From Octopus sinensis (Eukaryota): a DNA stretch of 64,000 nucleotides. The notes below the pieces were generated by a model. It ran no database searches and had not been told where the DNA came from. It saw only the letters and a list, made by a program, of their open reading frames with translations. This document shows, piece after piece, positions 1 to 11,776 of the stretch. The stretch is from contig NC_043014.1 of NCBI RefSeq assembly GCF_006345805.1, forward strand, positions 434,001 through 498,000. The letters run 5' to 3'. Each line of letters opens with the position of its first letter. The first letter of the stretch is position 1. The translations under genes were made by a program, and so were the position numbers.

Positions 1-235
1 CACATATATACATATACACACATATATACATATACACATATATATACATATACACATATATATACATATATATATACACATATATACACATACATATACA
101 CACATATATACACATACATATACACACATATATACACATACATATACACACATATATACACATACATATACATATATACACACACATATATACATATATA
201 TATACACACATATATACATATATATACACACACAC

Positions 236-272
<37 letters not shown>

Positions 273-323
273 TATATATATACACACACACACACACATA
301 TATATATATACACATATATATAT

Positions 324-356
<33 letters not shown>

Positions 357-388
357 CACATATATATATATACATATATATATATATG
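1..388. repeat. Compound (TA)/(CA) microsatellite
   Basis: Continuous CACATATATA-type alternating purine-pyrimidine repeat. Confidence 0.95.
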
Positions 389-396
389 CACTGATA

Positions 397-450
397 TACA
401 TCTGGAAAATCCTGGAGGGGCTTGTCCCGAATTTTGGCATTGAAAGTTAC
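397..450 (+). mobile_element. Short LINE (CR1/L2-group) ORF2 C-terminal fragment
   Basis: Translates as [18 protein letters not shown], resembling the C-terminal region of invertebrate CR1/L2-type ORF2. Confidence 0.55.
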
Positions 451-971
451 CCTAACAGCAGAACTCACCTAGTTCTTAGCCAACCTTGTCTTTTTCTCCC
501 TTTTATGTCCTCCTACCCCCCCATACTTACCTTATAACACAAGGTAGCCCTGTCAACACAACCCACTTTGTCCCCTTGCCTAACAAACCCTTCATTCCAC
601 ATGCCTCTCCTTTTCCTTTCTCTACACCCGGCCAACAGTATGAAGTCTCTCTCCCCACCACCACCACCCTCTCACAACTAGAAATCTCGTTACCAAAAAT
701 CATCACACTCTCTTCTCTTTTAGTTATGAGTCTTGCAAGTTGCAAGATGGCCTCGCCAGTGCCAGTGCCACGAAAAATAATAACCTCAGGTGATTGGCAT
801 TAAGAAGGGCCTCAAATTGTAGAAATTATGCCGAAGCAGACATTTGGAGTTTCACAGTCCTCCGACCCCTCCGAACCCCTCAAACTGTCCGACTGATGAC
901 ATCACAGGAGGCAGATGCTTAATATTGATCCTACGTATTGACATACAATGCACAGAGACACACATCAAGAT

Positions 972-1130
972 ATCAGGTGTGGGGGAGTATTAAGTTTACT
1001 TCCCAATCACATGGTTTTGGGTTCAGTCCTGTTGGTGGTATCCTGGACACATGTTTTCCACTATACACCCAGGTTGACCAAAAGCCTTGGGTAGATTGGG
1101 GAGACAGAAACTGAATGAAGCCCGTCGTGC
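972..1130 (+). mobile_element. tRNA-derived SINE (family with GGTTCAGTCC...GAAACTGAA.GAAGCCCGTCG)
   Basis: B-box-like GGGTTCAGTCC. Related copies near 24100-24220, 33925-34240, 52905-53070 and 62040-62210. Confidence 0.6.
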
Positions 1131-1815
1131 ACACACACACACATATATATATATATATAGAGAGAGAAAGATAGATAGATAGATAGTGAAGTATATTTGT
1201 CACATAACTGTGGCTAACCCCTAAGGGTGGATGCTACTGTAGCTTGTAGCCCCAGGAGGACACCTCCTCCAGCTGGCTATTGGCACACTTTCTGTGATAG
1301 GACACATTTAAGTGACAAATATACTTCACGATGTGTTGCAGCTACTGTTTATACCTCGCTTAGAGATTTATTATATATATAGCAAGTTGTCTGTTTTCTT
1401 TCAAGATGATTTGACCATTTCTCTTTAAGATGAAGACACATTACTTCAGAGTCATCGTATTTCAGCGAAAATGTTTGTCCTAATATCACCTGGCGAAACG
1501 AGCTGGTTACATAACCAGACAAATTGTCGTTATGTTATCCTAATATGTTATGCAATGGACGCATATCTGCAATAAGCCATGTTTTGCTTTCGTTTAATCA
1601 GATATATAACAATTCTATCTTTAATGATACATACATGGATTTGCATGCACACTCATACACAAGTGCGTGTTTATATACATACATATATATAAATGAAATA
1701 ATGAGGGTAGAAATTAATATTAATTAAATTAATCTCAATTTAAACCAGTGGCCTAGCATATTTAAAAAAATAAGAAAATTATATTATATTAGGAATCCAC
1801 CAGGTGGTCATTCCT

Positions 1816-1864
<49 letters not shown>

Positions 1865-4111
1865 GTATATCGAAGTGTATGGTATTGTATATCTATTTCG
1901 GCCGATATTACAAATCGGTTTCGCACTGGGGGTTCAACGGAGTGTTAGGTAACTGTCCGATTACATATAAACACACGCATTGTGTGTGTGTGGGGGGGGT
2001 ATATATTATATATATATATACGCGCGCGCGAGGATGTATATAAACACAAGCATTATATTCTTTTACATGTTTCAGTCATTTGACTGCGGCCATGCCTTAG
2101 TATGTGTGTTTATATATATTAAATATGTATATATAAACACATACATCATATATTCTCCCTCCCTCTCTGTCTATATACACACACAAGCATTATGTATACA
2201 GTTAGATACACGCACATACGCAAGTGCATCTTACGCGCACGCACAGATGTGTGTGTGTGTGTATGCGGGCGCACGCACACACACACACAGTTTCAATATG
2301 ACCAAAGCATCATCCTCTGTGTTTGTAAAGCGATCGCCTCTTTTCTCCTCCTGCCATGAATTTCGACAACATCGTTCATTGCCGAGCACCGACCTCCAAT
2401 TAGTAGCAGACTCTGAGCCAATGCTTCCTGGTGGCGTTACACACACACAAAAAGCACAGAGACCCTCTTTAGTTTTCGCATATATTTTAAAGGTTTGCAA
2501 TAATATTCCTCAATTCCCTAGAAAACAGAATTTTCTTCGCTCTCAGTCAATTTAATGAACAACTAACTTTAAAACGGAATTATTAAACAAAGAAACAATG
2601 GCTTTTTCACACAAAAGAAATTGTTGACTTTGGACTTTTGACGAAATGGTTTTACATTCAGATATTGGAATTTTATTCACTTTCTACTATGAATGCTGGT
2701 CGTTTTTAATATTGGTTTCGATGAATTAATTTAAAACAAACGAAGAGATTGTCAATGAAAGGAGAATGTTTGGTCTGAGTCCAACTGGAGTCGGGTTTCT
2801 GCTCCAAAATAGCGAACGGGTTTACTAACCTGGTGTTTGAATTAAATCTCCAGTTCAAAAGGTTTCTGCATTCAGAAGATGGAATGGAGGAAATGGAGTG
2901 AAAATGTGGGCAAAATAGCCAGAAGCTCAGTGAATTTCCATTTATGAAACATCCATTCTGTGCAACAGGTTGGGGATGCTGCCTGGAACGGTGTCAGTGA
3001 CAGAATGTCCCCTATTTATAAATTTCTGAGCAGGTTGTTAGGAGTAGGGGAACGAACAAATTGTTATGATTAATAAAATTAAGGGCGACCTTTCATTTTA
3101 TGATGCAGAAAGTGAAACCACTGAACTCGGCAGAGGGTGACATAATAAAGTGAAAGTAAAATAATGTTGAGTAGTTCTCAACGTTATTTGTGATGCACCT
3201 GAGCACTGTATACAATCATTTCATTATATTTCATATTTCAATAAAACCTGTTCTGAAATGAAACTGGAAGTATGTTTTTCTTCGAAAACTAAAAGTTTAT
3301 TTTGAAATTGAGGTATAGAAGAAATAGGTCAATCCTTTTGCCTGACTGGTGCCTGTGAGAACTGCAGACAGCATCATCAATAGCAATGTGTCGACTGAAA
3401 GGAATTATATTACATGGTATTTTTGTATCATTACAATGAATACAAAGTACAATTAACTTTCTTGCACCATTAAGATTAATTAATAATTCAGTGGTGTACC
3501 TGTAACGAGCCAAGGTGTTTGCTGACTCACCACACATATTCGGATGCAAAACTTTGAAGGTGTCTGCAGACAGGACCAAATTATTAGATAAGATCCTTCC
3601 TTTTTCAGCTCTGATATCCCACTGCGTTACCTTCTATTATTTGTTTTAGTGGCATCAGTTAAAGGTTTTCCCATAGGGTTATCCAGTCTAATTCTTATAT
3701 TTTACTTTATTTAAAATATTATAAGATAAATTAAAAGCCTTCAACAGAAATAAATCAGGTTTTTCCAGTGATTCTATTGTTATGGCAGGTTTGTATCAGT
3801 TTTATTTCATTTCAAAGAAAACAACTTTTTCATTTTTGTTTTGTTGCTGGTTTGTGACCAACAACTACCACTACCAACTTCACTTGGTTTACTTTCTGGA
3901 TCATAAAATGAAATATCACCAAATTAACATGGTTTGAAACTTTCTTAAACTTGTCCAAAATCATAGCAAACGAAGAAGAATTATATTTATGAAACCTGTG
4001 CTTGGCCAAACAAAATAACGCTAATATCAACACAAAATGAAGACCAGGTAGATAGATGAAGAATATTTTTGTATGTTTATATAAAGATTAAATGTGTGTA
4101 TGTGAGTGTGT

Positions 4112-4450
4112 ATATATATATCATCATCATCATCATCGTTTAATATCCGTTCTCCATGCTAGCATGGGTTGGACGGATCGACCGGGGTCTGGGAAGCCAG
4201 GAGGCTGCGCCAGGCCCAGTCTGATCTGGCAGTGTTTCTACAGTTGGATGCCCTTCCTAAAGCCAACCACTCCGAGAGTGTAGTGGGTGATTTTATGTGC
4301 CACCGGCACAGGGGCCAGACGAGGCTGGCAACGGCCACAATCGGATGGTGCTTTTTCATGCCACCGGCACGGAGGCCAGTTGGGGCGGCGCTGGCAACGG
4401 CCACTTTCGGACGGTTCTCTTACGTGCCACCGGCATTGGTATCTCAGCTA
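4112..4450 (-). mobile_element. RTE-tail SINE / RTE 3' end with (GAT)n tail and internal ~63-bp repeats
   Basis: Reverse strand ends ...CCCATGCTAGCATGGAGAACGGATATTAAACGATGATGATG. The unit GTGCCACCGGCAC...GCAACGGCCAC is repeated. Many related copies in the window. Confidence 0.75.
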
Positions 4451-4631
4451 CAATTTCCATTGATGTTGAAAGATTTCAATTTCGATTTTGATTTTGATCT
4501 TCACTTATATATATATATAAATTTAAAATGAGGGTGAGAAATTAGATATTAATTTAATTAACATCGATTTCACACCAGTAGTCAAGCATATAAAAACTGA
4601 AGGCTCAGTAAAATTATATTATATATATATA

Positions 4632-4772
4632 TTAGAGGAAAACCACTATGTGGACACTCATTTGCTAGAAATAGATCCGCTACGGTCTCACCACTAAGAA
4701 CATTTCTTAGTAGTGAGACCATATCAGATCTATTTCTAGCATATGGGTGTCCACATAGTGATTTCCCTTTAA
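4632..4772. repeat. 141-nt near-perfect inverted repeat (fold-back, MITE-like)
   Basis: 69-bp arms around a CAT loop (4701-4703), no bulges, 7 mismatches plus G-T pairs. Flanked by (TA)n. Confidence 0.9.
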
Positions 4773-4774
4773 TC

Positions 4775-4806
<32 letters not shown>

Positions 4807-5764
4807 CATATTATATAAAAATCCAAGAGTTAAAAAATGGAGTAGATTATTCCAGGCTACATATGTTTCATAAAAAGAGGAACCTCAGAAGTGGTAAATA
4901 GCCAAGCAAGGTGTATACTGCAGGCTACTCTTCAGGCCAAGGGTATCTTGATTATATGAAGTTTTAACTTGTTGTTAGGAGACCCATGTTAACACATGGA
5001 GGATTCAATCAGAATGCATAGAAAGCATAGTTTGAGTGGAGAATATAATTATGAAGAGCGTGCTAGCACAGAAAACGGACGTTAAACGATGATGATGATG
5101 AAATTAGAAATATAAGAAAAAAAAAAAAAGAAGAAGCAATATATAAAGGACTGAGAAAGTTTACAAGTAAAGAATGTAAGTGGCAAGGTGGGTCATTTCA
5201 CAGATGGTTTTCAATGGGGACATTCAGACCAAGCCAGAAAGAGAGAGGGGGGAATAAGGAGTGGTATTTGAATAGGAGAGAAGGGGAGAGGAAAAAGTAT
5301 TTGTGTTGAAAGGGAAGAAAAAGGTTTGCTTAGAGAGAGGACATAGAAGTAAAATTGAAAGTGTAGAGAAGAGGTGTAATGGCAGTGATGACTATAATTT
5401 AAGAATTAAGGAGTGTGTGTGTGTACTGTATGATCTAGTAGAGGTGTATGTGTTTGTAAGTTTAGAAAGGGGGTGGTGATGGGTGTGGAGGAAGACAAAT
5501 TAATAGAATTTTTAGGGTATAGAGAGTAAGGCAAGATAGAAATAAATAGATAGAAAATATAAGGAGTTATAGGGAATAATGGAGTGGTTAAAGATTGGTG
5601 GTTATAAGGATAACTAAAGGGGAATATCTATGAGGGCAGTGGGGGAAGTTAGGGAAGGACACAGGGTGGAGTGGGGGATTGTTGTTATTTGTATTTTGAA
5701 AATAGGTTACATAATTTGTGACATGTAAAAATTATGCTATTGCGTTCATTCAGACAATTGGTGG

Positions 5765-5990
5765 ATTGCATAATGGACAAGACTTCAGCTCTGCAAAGAT
5801 CACACTTGTTATATCGCTGGTATACGGTTTAGCATGGGTGACTATGGACCACTTTAAAGTGTAAGAAATTGATTCATTCTTGAGCTTGTATATAAGCTGA
5901 GTTAAAGACACTGTTGGATTTTGTTTGGAGTAGTGGTTGCTCACTGTGGCTTTGAAGGTGGTGTTCTCTCTAACTCTAGCCAAAATGGGC
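5765..5990 (-). mobile_element. Penelope-like element GIY-YIG endonuclease remnant
   Basis: NTTFKATVSNHYSKQNPTVSLTQLIYKLKNESISYTLKWSIVTHAKPY resembles the PLE endonuclease C-terminal pattern (L..IW.LK.....Y.L.W.I...A.PY). Confidence 0.55.
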
Positions 5991-7954
5991 CAAAATGGGC
6001 CAATTGGAAACCATCTGTGAAACGACCCCCACTTAAATTCTTCATTTGTAAACTCTCCCAGTTCCACATATATTTCTGTTCTTTTTTTTTCCTTTTCTTA
6101 TATTCCTAAGAGCCTTACATATACATATAAGCATAAACAAGTGGTTTTAGGATATAAGTTTTTGCTGTGACAGGCAAGTCATTTTCAGCACAACAAAATG
6201 CCAATCATTTCAGTTCTTCATCTCCATAAGGCTCAGCATCTTGAGCTCAGCCATCAATACTTTGTCCCATGTATTCCTTTTCCTCAAGTTCCATCTACTT
6301 CTTTATGCAACTACCCTCCTCATTCTCATGGCCAAACCCACACAGTCTTCTCTGATTTCTCTTATGCCTATTTTTGTCTCCCAATACACTAACACACTGT
6401 CATACATACACACTAACATTGCACATCCAGTGGAGCATGCTAGCTTCATTCTTCTCGACTCTTCACATCTCCTCTGCATTCAAGGCCCATGTCTTACTAC
6501 CATGGAACATTACTGTACATACATATGAGGAAGGTGATCATACGATGTGCTAGAAACAACAACCAAATCTCCCTTAAATCACACACCTTTTAGTCTGAAA
6601 ATATTTTCCAAAAAAATATCTTTTTTTAACCATGAAGGCTTCTCCTGTGATTTTTCAGACAAAAAATTGTTCAAAATTGATCTGGGGATGGGGGCGGGGG
6701 ATGAAAAAATCATAAATTTTCAAACATTTTTTCATAGAAAGATCCACCACCATTCCACCATCATTTTTGAAGTTGTGGTGAAGAGAATAAAGAGAATAAA
6801 ACAGAAATATCCCCATCAAAACAGAGATAATCCCACTTATGTGGGCATCCTGATCTGAAACTCTGCCAAGAGTATTTCAATTATCACCCAGTCTGCAAAT
6901 CGAAACCATCACCTTATAATTGTAGGTCCAAACTCCTACCCAACAGGCCACACACTTTTAAACTCTGTTGAATTTTAACAAAAAGGGGAGGGGAATGTTG
7001 TGGGTATTGGGAAGAAAAAGAACGAATTCATTATCAGTCATCAAATGAAATGAAATTATCAACTTTGTTTCCTCATAACTTCCAGAAAGATGGATATTTT
7101 CAAATGAAATTTTCTACAAATATGCTTTCGATGGTGTAGGTTCAGATTAGATCAGAATTTGTTGTGGGAAAGTTTTTCTGGGGGCAGGGAGAAGAATATC
7201 AGAAAATTCACACAAGTTGGCTTTTTTTCCTCATAACTTTCAGAAAAATGGGTATTCTTTTATGAAATTTTTTACAAATACATTTCAGATAGTGTAAGAT
7301 GTACTCCTCCACTAATTTTGTTGCTTTATAGATTTCTGAATCATAATCTCCAGAGCCAAAAACGTGGGTTTCTGTAATAAAAAAAAAGAATTTTTTTAAA
7401 AGTAGGTTGAAGGGGTCGGGTTACATCTCTAGCATGTGCGTCAACCAACATTCATGATGTGTCCTCAGGTCAGAGATCTGGTCTAAACACATTCAACAGA
7501 GTGGATTTCCACAAGAGGACATCTAAGGGCTGGGCACTGGTGTTAAACCAGGGAATGGATTGCCTAATAACGAGACGGTCACAGTAGGTATGTGAGCTAG
7601 GCTTCACAGACCCCAGTTGAACCATCCAAGCCATGCTAGCATGGAAAGCGGACGCTAAATGATGATGATGATGATGATGATCCAAAACCCTATGTACTTT
7701 TGGATATATGCTTTGAGCATCGTAGACTGCGATTTTAAAAATCAAACGAATATATCCTCGTTCCATTATTTTTCAGGGTTTTCTTTACCCCTCACCATAT
7801 AATTTAAAAAAATTTTAATCTTTTATGAAAAGAATTTTTCTTCAGATCTACCTTTTAAATATCTCAGATTGTCTTTAAAAAAAGAAAAAAATTTTTGCAT
7901 CCTAATCCATCTTTCCGTAACTTATTTCATTTATGATGAGGTTTTTAGATTTAT

Positions 7955-8402
7955 ATTTCTTTAAATATTTATGGCACACAAGGGGCTAAACATAGAGGGG
8001 ACAAACAAGGACAGACAAAGGGTTTAAGTCAATTACATCGACCCCCAATGTGTAACTGGTACTTATTTAATCGACCCTGGAAGGATGAAAGGCAAAGTCA
8101 AACTTGGCAGAGTTTGAACTCAGAATGTAATAGTAGATGAAATGCTGCTAAACATTTCGCTCAGCCTGCTAACGATTCTGCTAGCTCACTGCCCCATACC
8201 TATTTCTTTATTACCCACAAGGGGCTAAACATAAAGGGGACAGACATAGGTATTAAGTCGATTACATCGACCCCCAATGTGTATCTGGTACTTAATTTAT
8301 CGACCCCCGAAAGGATGAAAGGTAAAGTCGACCTCAGCGGATTTTGAACTCAGAATGTAACGGCAGGCGAAATACATGCCCCATGCCATTTCTTTAAATA
8401 TT
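7955..8402 (-). mobile_element. Two same-orientation nested tRNA-derived (CORE-like) SINEs
   Basis: Two copies of the GTCGACTTTGCCTTTCATCCTTTC core on the minus strand. 15-bp direct repeat ATTTCTTTAAATATT at 7955-7969 and 8388-8402. Confidence 0.85.
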
Positions 8403-9216
8403 GGAGTTGACAACTATGAAAAGATGAAACTTTCATAAATTCAAAACAATTATTTTTCAAAAAGCAGATTATGATTATTCTGGAATTTGTCATAAAAAAG
8501 GTGGAGGCAAAGATCATGGGATTTTTTTTTTTTACTGGAACACACTATATCAAGGGTGGAGATTCCGAATCTGCAAAAAAATAAATAAATAAACACCACC
8601 CTCTCATCCACCCTATGACAAGAAGTGAAATTAAAGTGTTTTCTCTACTAATGTTTCACACACGCATAGAATTATAAAATAGCAGATGCAAAAAGTATTT
8701 AAACAGAAATCCTGACAATGCTAGAAACAAGTTTTCCAAATTTTAATACGAATTACCAAAGAAGATAAAAATTTTAAAATTTAAACCCCCCACCACCAAT
8801 TTCTTCATTCTTTCCACTTATTTTAGAAATACCTTTTGGCGAAATATGTAGATCCTACGGGGATTATGATTCTTAAAAGAAATTGTTTGTAAAATTTCAA
8901 TTTTTCCAAAAAAATAAACACACCTCCCCTCCACCCTATGACAGAAAGTAAAATTACCCCACCCCCTTTTTTTATTTGCCAGAGGGGCAAAGAATGAGAA
9001 CATGTTTTGGGGGTTTTCAGTTTTCAGTTTTTAAGTACGCCCCAACCGGAAACCAGACAAGCTAGAAACAACAGCCAAACCGAGGATCAACTTTCTAAAG
9101 ACGAATTACCAAAAAAGAAAAGAAGTTTTTAATGTCATTTTGTTGTGTGTGTGTGTGTGTGTGTGCAAAAAATCTAATTTTTCATATCTCTCTTAATTCC
9201 AAAAGACCCTCAATCA

Positions 9217-9436
9217 CAGAATCGTTAGCACGTCGGGCGAAATGCTTTGCGGTATTTCGTCTGCCGTTACGTTTTGAGTTCAAATTCCGCCGAGGTCGAC
9301 TTTGCCTTTCATCCTTTCGGGGTCGATTAAATAAGTACCAGTTACGCAGTGGGATCGATATAACCGATTTAATCCGTTTTCTGTCCTTGTTTGTCCCCTC
9401 TATGTTTATCCCCTGTGGGCAATAAAGAAATAAATA
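9217..9436 (+). mobile_element. tRNA-derived CORE-like SINE upstream of EMC4
   Basis: CAGAATCGTTAGCACG...GAGTTCAAATTCC (B box)...GGTCGACTTTGCCTTTCATCCTTTCGGGGTCGAT...GGGCAATAAAGAAATA. Confidence 0.85.
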
Positions 9437-9669
9437 TACTACACACTCACACATGATTTCAGATGTGTTCATATATGACTTTTCACTCATTTGAAAAGAA
9501 AGCATGCAGTGTAGCAAAAAAGAGTCCTTTACTTTTTAAGAATGGCAAGATGTAATTTAAAGGAGATTTTAGCTGTTATTTCTAGCATATCGAGTGACCA
9601 CTACCAACCGGCTGAAAGAGTTAGACAACTTGGTGTAACTCTTCTGTGTGTGAGAGTCATTTCTCGTCA

Positions 9670-9725
9670 ATGATGGCTTCGTCCCGCATCCGTCGTCATC
9701 GCTGGGCTCTGGATTTCTCCGGAAG
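9670..9725 (+). CDS. EMC4: ER membrane protein complex subunit 4, coding exon 1 (MMASSRIRRHRWALDFSG-R)
   Basis: Matches the EMC4 N-terminal RR.(K/R)WA.(E/D) motif. Donor AG|GTTTGT, phase 2, fits exon 2. Confidence 0.85.
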
Positions 9726-10124
9726 GTTTGTCGCATCCTCCCACTTTCGGGTCTTTACATTGTTTTAGGGCCTTCAACAGCCTTAGAAGGAATATATCCA
9801 TCGTTCATTCTGTTTATGGTGATATCATTGTAAACAGTATTCTTCCAGTTAATAAGTTTGAGACTGCAACACTTGGATGGCAATTAACGTCCTCGCTAAT
9901 TAATTAATGGTTATTTATTCCTAATTGTGCTAATTAATAATTTACTATATATTCCTAAGCTTTATGTTATTAAAGTAGAACCACTAACGGCAGTTGAAGG
10001 GTCTTTTTCTAATTTAAGCTGATTTGTATTCGATATATTCCTGAATAAATTAAACTTTGATAAAAATGGTTTAATATTTATTTTACTCTAATTCCAGTAA
10101 GATTTATCTCCGAATTAGACAAAC

Positions 10125-10594
10125 TGGTGCGTGACAGAATCGTTAGCATGCCGGACAAAATGCGTAGGGGTATTTCGTCCGTTTTATGCTCTGAGCTCAA
10201 ATTCCACCGAGGTCGACTTTGCCTTTCATCCTTTCGGGGTCGATAGATTAAGTACCTATTTCTTTATTACCCACAAGGGGCTAAACACAGAGGAGACAAA
10301 CAAGGACAGACATAGGTATTAAGTCGATTACATCGACCCCAGTGCGTAACTGGTACTTAATTTATCGACCCCGAAAGGATGAAAGGCAAAGTCGACCTCG
10401 CCGGAATTTGAACTCACAACGTAACGCAGACGAAATATCGCTAAGCATTTCGCCCGGTGTACTAACGTTTCTGCCAGCTCACCACCTTATAGATTAAGTA
10501 CCAGTTACGCACTGAGGTTGATGTCATCGACTACTCCTCTCCCCACAAATTTCAGGGCTTGTGCCTTTAGTAGAAAGGATTATTATTATTATTA
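10125..10594. mobile_element. CORE-like SINE (+) interrupted by an antisense copy of the same family (10257-10488)
   Basis: 14-bp TSD ATAGATTAAGTACC at 10243-10256 and 10489-10502. The host SINE resumes at CCAGTTACGCAC and ends in (ATT)n. Confidence 0.9.
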
Positions 10595-10643
10595 GGCGGT
10601 GAGTTGACATAATCGTTAGCGCGCCGGACAAATTGCTAAATGA

Positions 10644-11078
10644 CAAAAAGAGCCGAAGTCAATTCCATTTCATGTTCTACGGAACATTGCTATTGTTGGA
10701 GGGTTCGTTTCCTTTGGAGGTGCTGGATATTCTACCACAAAGTTTAAAAAAAATAAACTTAAGCAAGCAGAATATTTCTTTGAATCAGCGTCTCTTCTAT
10801 GCAACTATACTCCAATTGAAGAATATTTTGGTCAACCAATTACAGTGAAAAGCATTGATCTTGGTGCCCTGGGTGCAAAGATTGCAGTTCCTGAATGTGA
10901 CCAAGAAATTCTTTGTTTTGGGGCTACTCGTGAAAATACAGATGAAAACTGGTTGGATGACCGACTTGATAAAGAAAACAAAGCATTACGAATGACCAAA
11001 GACAGAAGCAAACGAAGAGAAAAAAGTTATGACAATAGGAGATTGTTAGTTATTTTAAACCAAATTCTACAAAACTGA
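10644..11078 (+). pseudogene. COA1: Decayed, intronless COA1 (cytochrome c oxidase assembly factor 1)-like retrocopy in EMC4 intron 1
   Basis: Stop-free frame without an initiator ATG: ...PFHVLRNIAIVGGFVSFGGAGY...LKQAEYFFESASLLCNYTPIEEYFGQPITVKSIDLG..AKIAVP...ATRENTDENWLDDRLD. It follows the COA1 layout (TM helix, Y..(A/S)...L......E..G.P, K(I/L).VP, R......W..D). Apparent internal deletions. Confidence 0.65.
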
Positions 11079-11156
11079 AATTAGCAAAGATTGTAAATCT
11101 AAGGAAGCAGAATCCAGTTCAGTTTTCGAAATTAAAGAAAGAATGTTACAGATATT

Positions 11157-11330
11157 CTTTTATTTGTTTCAGTCATTTGACTGTGACCATGCTGGAGCAC
11201 CGCCTTTAGTCGAACAAATCGACCCCAGGACTTATTCTCTGTAAGCCTAGTATTGTATTAGTCTCTTTTTTCGAACCGCTAAGTACGGAGATGTAAGCAC
11301 CACCATCAGTTGCCAAGCGATGGGGGGGGA
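11157..11330 (-). mobile_element. SINE (family ending ...CAGTCAAATGACTGAAACAA)
   Basis: TTGTTTCAGTCATTTGACTG...GACCCCAGGACTTATTCT. A second copy at ~63620-63770. Confidence 0.7.
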
Positions 11331-11658
11331 GGGAAGAAACGTAGATATTAATCTGCACCTTGATTGATATGATTAATGAGTGAAAATTTATTAACATTGA
11401 CCCATGGCAATATGTTTTGGATGGAAAGGGAGGAGACAGTAGTTAATTACAAGGATTCCAGTCCTGATTGCTTGTCCAATTTTATGGACCCTAGAAGAGT
11501 AAAATACGAACTCAGTACCTTCTGGATCTGAACTTAGAATGTCACTTTATCAATCCTGCTCTCCACTGTACTGTATTACACGAGTTAGTGACTGACTTTT
11601 ATAGTATTGATGAGAGTTCACACTTGTTAGGTTGTTGTTTATTTTCTCTTTTTTGCAG

Positions 11659-11776
11659 GTCCAAATCTGACCACCAGGTGAGTCGAATCTCTGACCTCCG
11701 ACCTCCAGTTGGCTACAGTGAGACTGCCAATGTATCCGACCGAGTTAAAGACATTGATCCAGACTTAATTGTTAAA
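11659..11776 (+). CDS. EMC4: EMC4 coding exon 2 (SKSDHQVSRISDLRPPVGYSETANVSDRVKDIDPDLIVK)
   Basis: TTTTGCAG| acceptor, AAA|GTATGT donor, conserved P.GY and D..L..K motifs. 118 nt, phase 2 to 0. Confidence 0.9.

Noticed and set aside
1980-2555. 191-aa ORF
   Set aside because: Largely translation of (TG)/(TA)/(CA) microsatellites; no recognisable domain.
2830-2865. 36-nt minus-strand microexon-like segment with donor GTTAGT
   Set aside because: Stops in two of three frames, including the phase needed to join the 44227 ATG.
9217-9300. tRNA gene candidates at SINE heads (A/B-box-like)
   Set aside because: No cloverleaf or acceptor stem; each continues into a SINE body.
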